Source: Schizochytrium sp. TIO01
Taxonomy: Eukaryota; Protista; Bigyra: Labyrinthulomycetes
Assembly (NCBI GenBank): GCA_004764695.1
Contig: SMSO01000014.1
Coordinates: forward strand, 4,846,845 to 4,910,844
Reading direction: 5' to 3'
Length of the DNA stretch: 64,000 nt
In this document: positions 12,076 to 22,324 of the stretch, in pieces
Layout: every line of letters starts with the position of its first letter
Position numbering within the stretch: the first letter of the stretch is position 1
The notes under the pieces: generated by a model
What the model was told of the DNA's origin: nothing
What the model saw: only the letters and a program-made list of their open reading frames with translations
Databases searched by the model: none
Position numbers and translations under genes: made by a program

Positions 12076-12976
12076 ATCTCTGAAGTTTTGTATTCAACAC
12101 CTTAGGATGACGGCTGTTTCATACAAGAAGCTCCGTTCAATTAGAAAAATAAAAACTTGTTGATTTTGGCAGGGGTTCAAGACTCCAAAGTTATGTAAGA
12201 GATATTGGTTTGCACAAACCTTTAAAAAACAGAAAAGAAAAAAGAAGAGTTAATGATTAATGAACACGTATTCCTATTCGTTGATGTTTTTACATTAGTA
12301 TTACTCTCCAATGTATGAGACGAGGCATCCACAGAATTCTGATGACAGATTTCTAAAGAATATTTGAACTTTTTCAACTTAATTTCAAAATCATCGAAAC
12401 TTTAACCATATTATTCTCAACGGGTGTTTCTACCAAGCATTGGATCTGCACCTCGAATGGAATGAGAAGTTCTTTGTGTTATCATTCTGGCAAGTTTGAA
12501 GAGCAATCTTAGTCCAGAAAAACTTGGGGAAATGTAAATTAACGGGAAATTATCTTTTGGGTTATGCATTTGGCCATCAGGCACACTGTGTAATGAACAA
12601 ACATATTTTTTGATGACTTTTCAGCAGCAATTGTGGTACTTGTAACATCGGTGAAGTCAACATCTATATACCATCGCATCACTCAGTAGTATTTAGTAGC
12701 CAGGCAGTTTCCCGAAAGAGCGATAAAGGGGAAGAGAACAACAGTATTTAGGAAACAGAGATCTACGCCCGTAATCAGTGATCCCTTTGTATATTTATTT
12801 TTTTGCTTTCGCTTGTGTACGCAAAAGAAAGAAAGAAAGAAAGAAAGGCTTTGGTATGCGAAGCAGTCGAAATATAAGAGGATACGAGACGCTCTGTCTG
12901 TACGTTTGTAAACGTAGCATAGATTACTGACTGACCAAGCGATTGGCTATCTAGTCGGAAACCAAACTATAGGCAC

Positions 12977-14077
12977 TTAGGCCATCGTGAGAGTCTCGTC
13001 ACGGTTGTGAATGGCCTGCTCATCCTCATCCTCATCCTTCTTGAGAGCGGTAAGCTCAGCCTCCTTCGGGTGCTGGTCCTGGGTCCGCTTGCTGGCACCT
13101 GCGTTGGCGCCAACCTTTTCATAGTCGCCATCAAGATCGCGCTTCTTGCAGGCCAAGCAGCATGACATAACAGATGTCAAAAAGGTAACGAATCCGAAGC
13201 ACAGAAACGCAATGCCAGCAGGGAAGAGGAAGTTGTGGAGATAGTTATACCATGCCACCTGGAATGAGTGGAACTCATCTCCAGAAGGGTTCCATCCTGA
13301 AGTAGGAACGCCGGTAGGTGCCAAGGTCGTGGGGTAATCAGTGGGCGTTACAGTTGGGGCGTACGTCTCGTTGACGCCAAGAGCAGCGGTGGGTGCAGGA
13401 GTCACAGGGGCTGCCGTAGGACGAAGAGTTGTGGGAAACATTGTAGGCGCAACAGTGGGGGCGTCGCTGAGAGATCCCTCAGCACCAGCACACCAGTCGA
13501 GGCTGTTTTCATCGTTGAGGGAGTCGCAGAAGGCCTGGTCAGCGTCGAGTCCGCTCTCGTACGCGGTGTTGGGGATGGAGAGGATGCAGTAGTCGAAAAT
13601 ACCGGTGGGTACGGGGTTTGAGCAGTTGTCCGGCTTAGGAATAAGGGCGCCACAGCAGCCCTCGTAGACACCGAGCTGGAAATCGTAAAGCATGTGAAGA
13701 GAACCGCCGAGACCCTTCTTGAGATCGCCGACGCCAGTGTGGGCGGTGAGATCACTGTAGTGATCGAAGACCATGAAGAAGATGCCTGCGGCGATGACGA
13801 TAATGGTGCAGAGGATCTGGAGGAATCCAAAGAATCCGAGGCAACATCTGTTGTTGGAGATCGTCACGCAGCACGCAATTCCGGAGAGAATTACGATGAG
13901 CCATCCCACGCAGAATGGAATCCAGATAGCCCAGGTGAGGTAACTCGACGAGCCAAACACCTCGTGCTTGTACTGCTCAGCAATGAGGTATGAAGAGATG
14001 GCCACGACGCCCAATCCCACGAGGATCATCAGACCATCGAAGAAGGTCAACAACGAGCGAGCACATGATTTGCACAT
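12977..14077 (-). CDS. Tetraspanin with a Pro/Thr-rich insertion in the large extracellular loop
   Basis: Four TM helices, juxtamembrane cysteines, CCG motif in EC2; first ATG at 14077 (MCKSCARS). Confidence 0.85.
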   Translation of the reverse strand: MCKSCARSLLTFFDGLMILVGLGVVAISSYLIAEQYKHEVFGSSSYLTWAIWIPFCVGWLIVILSGIACCVTISNNRCCLGFFGFLQILCTIIVIAAGIFFMVFDHYSDLTAHTGVGDLKKGLGGSLHMLYDFQLGVYEGCCGALIPKPDNCSNPVPTGIFDYCILSIPNTAYESGLDADQAFCDSLNDENSLDWCAGAEGSLSDAPTVAPTMFPTTLRPTAAPVTPAPTAALGVNETYAPTVTPTDYPTTLAPTGVPTSGWNPSGDEFHSFQVAWYNYLHNFLFPAGIAFLCFGFVTFLTSVMSCCLACKKRDLDGDYEKVGANAGASKRTQDQHPKEAELTALKKDEDEDEQAIHNRDETLTMA

Positions 14078-15920
14078 CTTGCCTGATATCACAACCACTG
14101 CCTGCTAGCACAAGTTGCAACAGCGACCGGCCTGGATGTCCCACGCCGCGAGACTTCCTCTGATCTGCACAGCCCCAATCCGGGTTTGCTGCCGGTCTCG
14201 CTCCTGCAGTCAACCAGGCAGCCACGGATTCCGGTCTCCTCAGCTTCGGCGTGAAAAAAAAGTTACTAAAATCACTCTCTTTTCCCACTTTATTTAAAAC
14301 CTAAAGATTTTTATTTTTATCGTCGCTGCTTTTCTGCCGCCTGTATCATATCCCTTACCTCTAACCACCATAAAGCTTTGGAACGTGAATTAGAGACACG
14401 GAAGCAACAGCTGTGCTCAATAATACCTGCCAGCACAGAACAACGTTGGTAAGTTTGCTGGTCATCACCCATAACCTCTTTCCTCGATCGGCACGTTTAT
14501 TCTGGCTCTTGATCCTGATCATCACCACGATCTCGTGCATGGTTTATTTTCGTCCAAATATATGTATATATACATTTAAATAAAAAGTTAAAACCACAGC
14601 ATACTCTTGATTACTCAAAAAAATAAATAAAGATAAAGATAAAATAAAACATGACGACAAATGCAAACATGAAAGTCCGTGTAAAGGCAACCTTCTCTTG
14701 CTTTTCTTGCTGTGCCTAATGCAACAAAAGTCGCGTTGTTCTCTTCAACTGCTTCAGATCTTCGCCAGGGCCTCTCCAGGTCTACGTGCCTGCACCATCG
14801 ATCGCCATCGCAATGCGCCATCTCCGCTGTACGTGCCCAATTAAAAAAAATTAAAAAACTAAATAATAAAATTATATATAGGCCGTGAGTGCTGTCTGAA
14901 GATAATAAGAGACGCTCTGCAGAATTGCAGAATGCTCTCTCTTTCAGTCTCAGTCTGCACAACAGAGACAGAAAGCAAGCCTCAGAAATCACGATCGGTT
15001 CGTAGGCACAGAAGACGTAAGTGCGTGGGAGCGTATCTGCGCGAAGAAGAGGAGCCGCGGCGCAGAAGAGTCCGGAGAGGAAGGCTGCGAATCAAGAGCC
15101 GACCGCACCGAAGAAGAGGCAACAAAATAAACAAATAAATAAATAAATAAACAAATAAACAAATACATCGATTAATAAATACATAAATTAATAAATACAT
15201 GCATTAATAAAAGCGTCGAGAGCTCTGTGGCCTTGAGACGCTGTGTCTCTATTGATTGGTACTTCGATGAGCTATTTGTTTGGTTTGGCCTTAGCAGCAT
15301 CGCGACAACAAAGATAGTTGGGCAGCGGTAGTTAGTTAGCAGGCACGAAGAAGGATGCCCGAGGGAATAAGTTAGTTAGGTATTCAGTTTTGTTATCTAG
15401 TGTTGTTATTTAGTTAGTTGTTTAGTCGTTTAGTTAGTTATGATGCGGGGCCGCGCGTGACGAGAGCCAATTTAATTAAATAGAGAAAAAAGAAAAAGCA
15501 CTAAAAAACAATCATCGATTTATTCCATTCCTCGATCGCTCTACAGTCTACAGTCGTTCGTTCGAGCTCGAGTTGAGGTCGACCTGACTGCACAGAGCGT
15601 AGAGGACCGCAGCTGCCTTCGACCAAGCGAGGGCTCCCGGGCGGGCGAAAGAATCCGCGCATCCATCCTCCAGGACGATGAAAACTGAGGAAAGCAATCT
15701 GTGGAGTGGAATGAGTGATTGATTAAAAACAACTTGTATTCAAAAGAGAAAAAAAAAGAAAAGAAAAAGAAAAAGGAAAAAGGTTCGAAGTAGCCAAAAG
15801 AAGATGCACGAGCCTCTGAGCCTCTAAGAGTCAGACTTTGTCAACTTCAACTTGAACTTCGAAGTTGAATTCGAACTTGAGCTGAGACCCTCCAGAATCG
15901 AAGAGTTTGGTCCTCGTTGT

Positions 15921-15975
15921 TCACTCACTCACTCACTCACTCACTCACTCACTCACTCACTCACTCACTCACTCA
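15921..15975. repeat. (TCAC)n microsatellite
   Basis: Directly visible. Confidence 0.9.
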
Positions 15976-17497
15976 TTCGTTCATCCATTCACTCGTATCC
16001 TCGTGCTTTTCAGTCTTCCGGAATCGCTTAATCGCGATGTGAGTTTTGCAGCTCAAGTTCGATGATGCTGCCAATGGAGGGAGAGGCCTCGAGTTGAATG
16101 AATGGGAAAAGCAGTTCACGTCATGTGCAATGAGCAGAATCGTGCTGCAACGGCGGCGTTCGAAACGGTGACGGACCGCCTCTGCTACAGCGAAAGAAGA
16201 GAGCCGCGTAAGGATCGTCCGTATGACATATGTATGTATGTATCTATCCTCCTCCATCACATCACGGGCGCTGAAGAAGGCTTTTCGGGTTGAAAAGCAA
16301 AAAAGCAAAAAAGCAAACGATGCAAACAAAAAGGAAGCACAGAGGAGGACTCATTCAGTCAGGGCTAGTCCTGCGTTAGCCGAGTGCTACCCGCTATTTT
16401 TCTTTTCACCTTGGACTTGTAATATACTTTTTTCATATTTTATTTTATAATATATAAGTTTAATTAAGAATAAGTTAGTGGTTTAATTTAATTAAAACAA
16501 AGTTGTTGAGTAAAAAATGCGCTGTTTTAATGTTGTTTGTTTACTCTTGCCAATCACTCACTCACTCATTCTGAAAGATTTTTGGGATGGTGGAAAATGA
16601 AAGAAAAAGTATAAATGCGAAGACTGGCTCAGAGTACAGCTCGATTCGAGGAGAAAAAGAGCGAGGGGAGGATCGGTAGAGAAGCACAAGTGCCAGCCTG
16701 CCTTGCTGGATGAAATAGTCGCGCGGTGCCTTCCCATGGGCTTTGCCTGCGGAGGCCGAAGCTTCTGCGCGTGGCGTTTGCGCCGTGGAGCATGTCTCCT
16801 AAAAAGAGAAGTGAAATCCGAACTCCGTCGTCTTTGTGGGTTCCTAAAGTAAGCTGATTATTTTTTGCTTTTTTAAAATTAAAATTAAAATTGAAATGAA
16901 ATGAATCAAACTTTTTCTCACAGGGAGCTCGGCAATGCAATTGGCCAGAGCCAAGAACAACTTGCAAAATCAGAAACAAGGCCACAAGACCAACCAAAGA
17001 CAAAGCGCCAGATCCATCGGGGGGCCCTCAAGAAAGTCCGCAAAAGCAGGCACGAACCTCGAAGCACATCTCAAACTAGCAGCGCCGACAGTTGTCGCCA
17101 GGTCGCATTGAAGCAGGCAAGATGGAGCCCCTCTTTTCTAAGCTATGAAGAACCTGAAGAAGAGACATCAAAAGCAAATGACCCCGACAGCACAAATTCC
17201 ACTCCAAAACGCGATACTATACGATGTGTACTACGTCCACAAAGCAAAGATTAAGGCAAAGCAAAGCAAAACTCGAGCGGCCGAGTGGTGAACAAGCAAA
17301 CGAAAGAAACCCATCTTCTGATGGAGTTCTGCGCACAAAAAAAGTGCGACGGAGGGTGCGGCGTCGAAAATCAGTGGATATCGAAAGAGTCGATGAATCG
17401 AACAAACACGACGTGGAGGAATCAAACCCCGCCTCGGTGCGCTGCAGATCGGGGGGGTTATACATTACATCATGGACTCGCTCGTAGCTGCGAGCTT

Positions 17498-17551
<54 letters not shown>
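17498..17551. repeat. (CAG)18 microsatellite
   Basis: Directly visible; not within a convincing ORF. Confidence 0.9.
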
Positions 17552-17552
<1 letters not shown>

Positions 17553-18494
17553 TTGGTTTCATTCATTGATTTATTGATTGATTGATCATCTCCGCTTCCT
17601 CGTCGCAGTTTTCCGACTTCGCTAATTTCGTTACCAAATGCGCCAATCAAAGCTGAGGATTCCTTCGTTCATTCCCTCAGGAAACTCGAGCGCCAGGCTC
17701 GAGAGGAAGAGAAACCAACAAGAGCCTTGATTGCGGCCGCTCGCTACAGCTGCGCTTTCTTTCTTGCTTCGGTCTCTTGGCAAAAAAGATTAAATAAGAA
17801 AGTTCCTCGTCTGCCTACCGCAGAAAGCGAGCTTGATTCAGGATTTGGGTCTCCAGGCATTGATTGATTGTTTGATTGGCAATGGAGCGCGTGCCCCACG
17901 GAAGTTCACTTTTAGTTTATTCATTTCTGTTTTCTGTTTTATTTATTTGCATATTTATTTATTTAGTTTTAATGAAAATAATAAAGATATAATAAAATAT
18001 GTGTAGGAATAGTATAAAATAATGGATAAAATAATGGTATCAATTTGTCATCTTCGAGCGATAGGAATTAAACATGATCGAATTGGTTCTATCTATGGCC
18101 ATACGTCGACGACGATCACATAAATCTATGCTCGCTCGCTCCTGGAGAAGCCCAATGAAAGCTCCGACAAAGCCACTGACAGACAGACAGACAGTCAGAC
18201 GAATAGCGAGGTCTGCAAAGTTTATGGGGTCGATTTCTTTGCTGGCGAGTGGATGGATGTAGTCCCGAAAGGACCAGTTCCGCGATAGATAGCCAGGACT
18301 GCCTCGTCAAAGGTAAGCAACGAGCTTCCTTCTTCGTGCTTTAGCTTCTTCGGCTGCTGCAGCGCCAGTGCAATGTATCGTAATAGAACTTAGGCACAGA
18401 GGTTGGTTGAAAACAAGGAGGCGGCTTCCTAGGCCGGAGTGGCTGCGAAGGCTCATGCTTGCGATAACTGCCTGCGTTACAGCCAGAAAATATG

Positions 18495-19166
18495 CTACGT
18501 ACATGCATGTGTGCTTGCAAGTCCAATGGTCAAGTGTAACTCTCCTGTTAATCGATCGTTGTGCTTGCAAGACTCATACATTAGAGTGCACTTTTTAATT
18601 ACTCGTTGTCTAGACATATCTAATTGCTTTGTAACCCTTTCTACTTGTTCTTGGGGGAGAAAGGGGCGAAGGTCCACTTCATAGAGCTCATAAAGGATGC
18701 CCAAGTGATTCACCGCTTCGAGCTTATCGAGAATAGTATCAGAGACAGGTGTGTAGTTGGCATAGGCTTCACAGATATGCATAATCTCACTTTCTGTGAG
18801 ATAGGCCCATAGCCCACTTTTTTCTCCGAAAAGCAAAATGACTGATGCTCGTAGCTTCAAGGCAAAGACTGACCATTCGTCGTTCTGTAACACGGCTTTG
18901 GTGACGTCCGCCCAAAGCTCCTGCGATATCTCATCGACCGATTTTCCTTGGAGGCTGGTGGCTTCATCAGTGAGCATTGATAAGGCTTGTTGCTCAATTA
19001 CATAATCATTAATGAGGACGTAAAGAAATGATAAATGACCAATGCGCGGAATGCGAGTGGGAAAGGGCAAGACTTGGGTTGCGCGCTGGCGCCTCCTATC
19101 TTTCGATGGATTGGGCCTGCGCCGCGCATCGCCCTGGCATGATTGACGCTTCGGTTGATGCTTCAT
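18495..19166 (-). CDS. Hypothetical protein with basic N-terminus; possibly 3'-truncated at the island edge
   Basis: 223-aa ATG ORF with A-rich leader and helical globular composition. Confidence 0.6.
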   Translation of the reverse strand: MKHQPKRQSCQGDARRRPNPSKDRRRQRATQVLPFPTRIPRIGHLSFLYVLINDYVIEQQALSMLTDEATSLQGKSVDEISQELWADVTKAVLQNDEWSVFALKLRASVILLFGEKSGLWAYLTESEIMHICEAYANYTPVSDTILDKLEAVNHLGILYELYEVDLRPFLPQEQVERVTKQLDMSRQRVIKKCTLMYESCKHNDRLTGELHLTIGLASTHACT

Positions 19167-19266
19167 TTTTTTTCATTGGTTAGAAGTTAGGGATTTGGTG
19201 GAAGGTAAGTGCGTCTTTTTTTTATATTATTATTATTAATTTATTTTTATTAAAAAAAATAAAGTA

Positions 19267-20231
19267 TTATGGAATATAATCCAAGAGCTTGCAAATATCA
19301 CCGTGTCTATGGCGCAAGATAATCACTACCTTGTTGAAAAGCCTACGGAGAGACGAAGAGGGGGGCAAAACAGATGCTCTGTGTTTCATCCCATTTATTG
19401 CTGAGTGAGTCGTCATGGCTAGATACCTGAGGTCTTTTTTTACTAAAAGCATAAGCTCATCATGAAATCGCCCGTTGATTCCAGTGATTCCATTGAAGAC
19501 AATGTGCTTGTAGTCACGCATCACAATGGTATATGTGTGATTAAAGGTATTTACGTGATTTCCTTCGGCACTGGTCATTTTTTTGCAGGCGCCAGTAGAT
19601 GCCATTTTGACGCGGGGGTAGCAAAACCCGAGCAAAACGCGAAGATAAGGGCGATTTTGTCTTCGAATAAGCAACAAGGAGATTCTAACAATCGCGCCAA
19701 AAGCTTCGGCGTCGACCTGTTCTTGCTCAGCTGCAATGGAATTCTCAGTCTGATTATAACCAATCAACATATTTGGTTGCAGAGTTGATATTGGTGCAGT
19801 ACCGTTCTTGATTCGGCCAAGACACTGAGGCAATGTGAAACAAAATAGCTGACAGCTGATCCTGTTTGATTTTGGTCGAACAACTTCTCGCACTCGGCCA
19901 AATGTTGCCTCGTTTTCAGGATGTAAGGCAATAATATGGATGCGTTTTGGTTCTGGAGTGGATTATCAGCGACTTGGTTGCAGAATGCATCATTATTGAA
20001 GAGCGCGAAAGCTTCAATAACTCCATATTCCTCGAGCACTTCAGAAATTTGTACACCAAATGACTGCATGTCCTCAACTTGGGCGTCTCTAAACGTCCGT
20101 TTGCCTTTACCATTCCCAGCCCAATCGGTGCTTTGGCAGTTGGGGCTACACTGCACACCCATCTTTGGTTGCCGCTGGCAGCGGTTAGTATTTAAAATAC
20201 AACCAACGAACGACACTGTACTATCTGACAT
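19267..20231 (-). CDS. Hypothetical protein(s): either two overlapping genes (ATATGTTGA junction ~19770) or one frameshifted gene
   Basis: ORFs 19764..20231 and 19267..19893; A-rich leader before ATG 20231; minus-strand AATAAA at 19240-19251 after the stop. Confidence 0.55.
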
Positions 20232-20283
20232 TTTTTTTTGTTTAAAATAAGAATTGTTTTTTTTTATTGTTTTCCAAAGAGAA

Positions 20284-20317
20284 ATGCCCAGTCATATATA
20301 TATATATGACTGGGCAT
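20284..20317. promoter_or_regulatory. Perfect 34-bp palindrome with a central TA run between divergent genes (candidate bidirectional TATA promoter)
   Basis: ATGCCCAGTCATATATA|TATATATGACTGGGCAT; centre ~70 bp from both ATGs (20231 and 20373). Confidence 0.7.
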
Positions 20318-20372
20318 GTTCAACGCCTCATTAAGGAATTTTTATTTTAATTCACCAAAAAAAAAAGAAAAT

Positions 20373-21035
20373 ATGGCCTTCTATACTCGCTTTAACTGGA
20401 CAACCTCATCTAATGATAAATTTGAAATCCCTCATACAGCACTGGACATTATCCTGGAACTTCTGGACCCAAATGTTGACTACCTTTGGGAACCCTTTCC
20501 TGGGACAGGCAGAAGTACGCTTCACATGCGCTCGCGCGGCTTCAGCGTCACGAACAACATCGGTAGTGAGGACTTCTTCGAGTCTGAACTGCCCAAACCA
20601 CCCGAGGGCAAGCGCCTTGTTCTGCTCTCTAACCCACCATATAGCATAAAGAAACAAATCATTGAACACATTGAATACAAACTTATGCCACAGGGCCTTC
20701 GAAGCGTGGCACTCTTCGTCCCAGCTTCCGTTCTCTACGCGGCCTACTTTCGGCCAATCACGGAAGGCAGGCACCTCCAAATGGTGGTGCATACTAGTCG
20801 CGTCAAGTTTATTGAAGCTGATACAGGAAAGGCTGTGGTCCCCAAGCCGTCGCGGAAAGGCCAGTCAGGCGCGAGCTTTGACACCGCGTGGTTATGTCTT
20901 GACTTATGCCTTCACAAAGACATTATTATCGCCTTGCCTGATGACAAGATAGGGAAAAATAAACGTTCAAGAAGAGAACGGGCAGAGGAGAAGGCATGCA
21001 AGAGGAAACAAATTTGCTCCCCAGCAAAACCTTAA
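20373..21035 (+). CDS. N6-adenine DNA methyltransferase (gamma-type motif order), with basic NLS-like tail
   Basis: Motif I WEPFPGTG, DFF, motif IV NPPYS; C-terminal KNKRSRR...KRK; ATG 20373 follows a poly-A leader. Confidence 0.85.
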   Translation: MAFYTRFNWTTSSNDKFEIPHTALDIILELLDPNVDYLWEPFPGTGRSTLHMRSRGFSVTNNIGSEDFFESELPKPPEGKRLVLLSNPPYSIKKQIIEHIEYKLMPQGLRSVALFVPASVLYAAYFRPITEGRHLQMVVHTSRVKFIEADTGKAVVPKPSRKGQSGASFDTAWLCLDLCLHKDIIIALPDDKIGKNKRSRRERAEEKACKRKQICSPAKP

Positions 21036-21041
21036 TTCAAG

Positions 21042-21473
21042 ATGGTCAAATATGGCTTTTGGCACTGGTGTATTGCCTGGGGGGTCTTAATTGGTGCATT
21101 GGGGCTATTCATATTATTGTCAAACATTCGCTTCATCACAAGTGTCATTAGTAATACAGTCCTTCTGTTTCACTCCCTTTATCTTTGGTTGTGCGGTTTT
21201 AGAGTAGATTCCTTGCATGATATGGGAAACTATATAGACTCGAGTCGTATCAGCAACGCGAACTCGCGCCTGGAAGAATTACCCAACTATTTTTCCAACA
21301 TCTGGTTTTTCTTCAAATTCATTCTTACCGAACCTATCAGGATGATGTGCAATGTGATTGGGTTGCTCTATTATATGGTCGTAATACAATTCGTATCCCT
21401 ACGAGCCCTACGAAGTGGTGAAGAGGTGATGCCTGCTGTCGAATCAGTTATGAAACAAGTATTGGAAGAGTAG
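21042..21473 (+). CDS. Small membrane protein, paralog A
   Basis: 143 aa, hydrophobic helices; aligns with the adjacent ORF. Confidence 0.75.
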   Translation: MVKYGFWHWCIAWGVLIGALGLFILLSNIRFITSVISNTVLLFHSLYLWLCGFRVDSLHDMGNYIDSSRISNANSRLEELPNYFSNIWFFFKFILTEPIRMMCNVIGLLYYMVVIQFVSLRALRSGEEVMPAVESVMKQVLEE

Positions 21474-21499
21474 CGAGCAGCAAAACCATAACTTGAACC

Positions 21500-21952
21500 A
21501 TGTTGGTCAACTTTGCTACTTGGTGCATCTGGTGGTTGGTTTTACTTGTCCTATGGATCTTCTGTGCATTGAGGTTAGCCTTGCGTGCAATGACCCTCAT
21601 TATCTTGAATGCCATCTTTGTGATTGTGTCATTCTATCATCTGTCATGTGGTTATAAAATCAAGACCTTGCCTGAGATGACGGATAACATGCACTCGAAT
21701 CTCCGGGGAATGTCCACCAACGTCTATGTTAGAGAGAGCGCTGACTCATACCTTCACGAAGTGGTAAATTGTATCTACAACATTGGCTGGGCCCTGGATG
21801 ACTCTATCATGCAACCAATGAGGATGTTGCAGACTATCTCGCTCATGGCGGCAGCCATTGTGGCGGTACAAGCCATCTCGGTGAAATCCATCATGACTAC
21901 AGGGGCTTGGCCCTCTGATCTCGGTGAAATCATAGACAAGTATAGAAATTAG
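21500..21952 (+). CDS. Small membrane protein, paralog B
   Basis: 150 aa; WCIWW/WCIAW, SCGYKIKTLPEM/LCGFRVDSLHDM and QPMRML/EPIRMM shared with paralog A. Confidence 0.75.
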   Translation: MLVNFATWCIWWLVLLVLWIFCALRLALRAMTLIILNAIFVIVSFYHLSCGYKIKTLPEMTDNMHSNLRGMSTNVYVRESADSYLHEVVNCIYNIGWALDDSIMQPMRMLQTISLMAAAIVAVQAISVKSIMTTGAWPSDLGEIIDKYRN

Positions 21953-22066
21953 TTTACATCATTGATTTGTGCGTTTGAAAAAAAAAGAAGATTTAATTAA
22001 GCATTAATTATAATAAAAAAAAACTACACTTATTTGGCTCGAGCAAACCTCCGCTCAAAGCTGGGT

Positions 22067-22224
22067 ATTTATGTATTCTTCTTTTTATTTTACTCTTTAA
22101 ATAAATCACGCTTTTCTCATATTATTACAGGAGGAGAAAACACTTGGATGGATTTATGTATTCTTCTTTTTCTTTTAATTGATTTTAATTAATTCATTAC
22201 GAGGTACGCTTTTCTCATTACAAG
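22067..22224. repeat. Imperfect ~65-bp direct duplication upstream of the REase-kinase gene
   Basis: ATTTATGTATTCTTCTTTTT...ACGCTTTTCTCAT occurs twice. Confidence 0.75.
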
Positions 22225-22324
22225 TTGTACACACACGCGAGCGAGCGAGGGAAAAGCTTCAATTGCAGCAAAACCATCATCAGCGGCAAGCAAAACGCAA
22301 ACGACAACCAGGCCAGGCGACAGC

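Noticed and set aside
17285-17650. PolyQ/polyL ORFs
   Set aside because: Short ORFs created by a (CAG)n microsatellite in non-coding-like sequence
14100-18400. Numerous short ORFs
   Set aside because: Microsatellite-rich, low-complexity, mutually overlapping ORFs with no recognisable domains; likely intergenic/UTR/intronic
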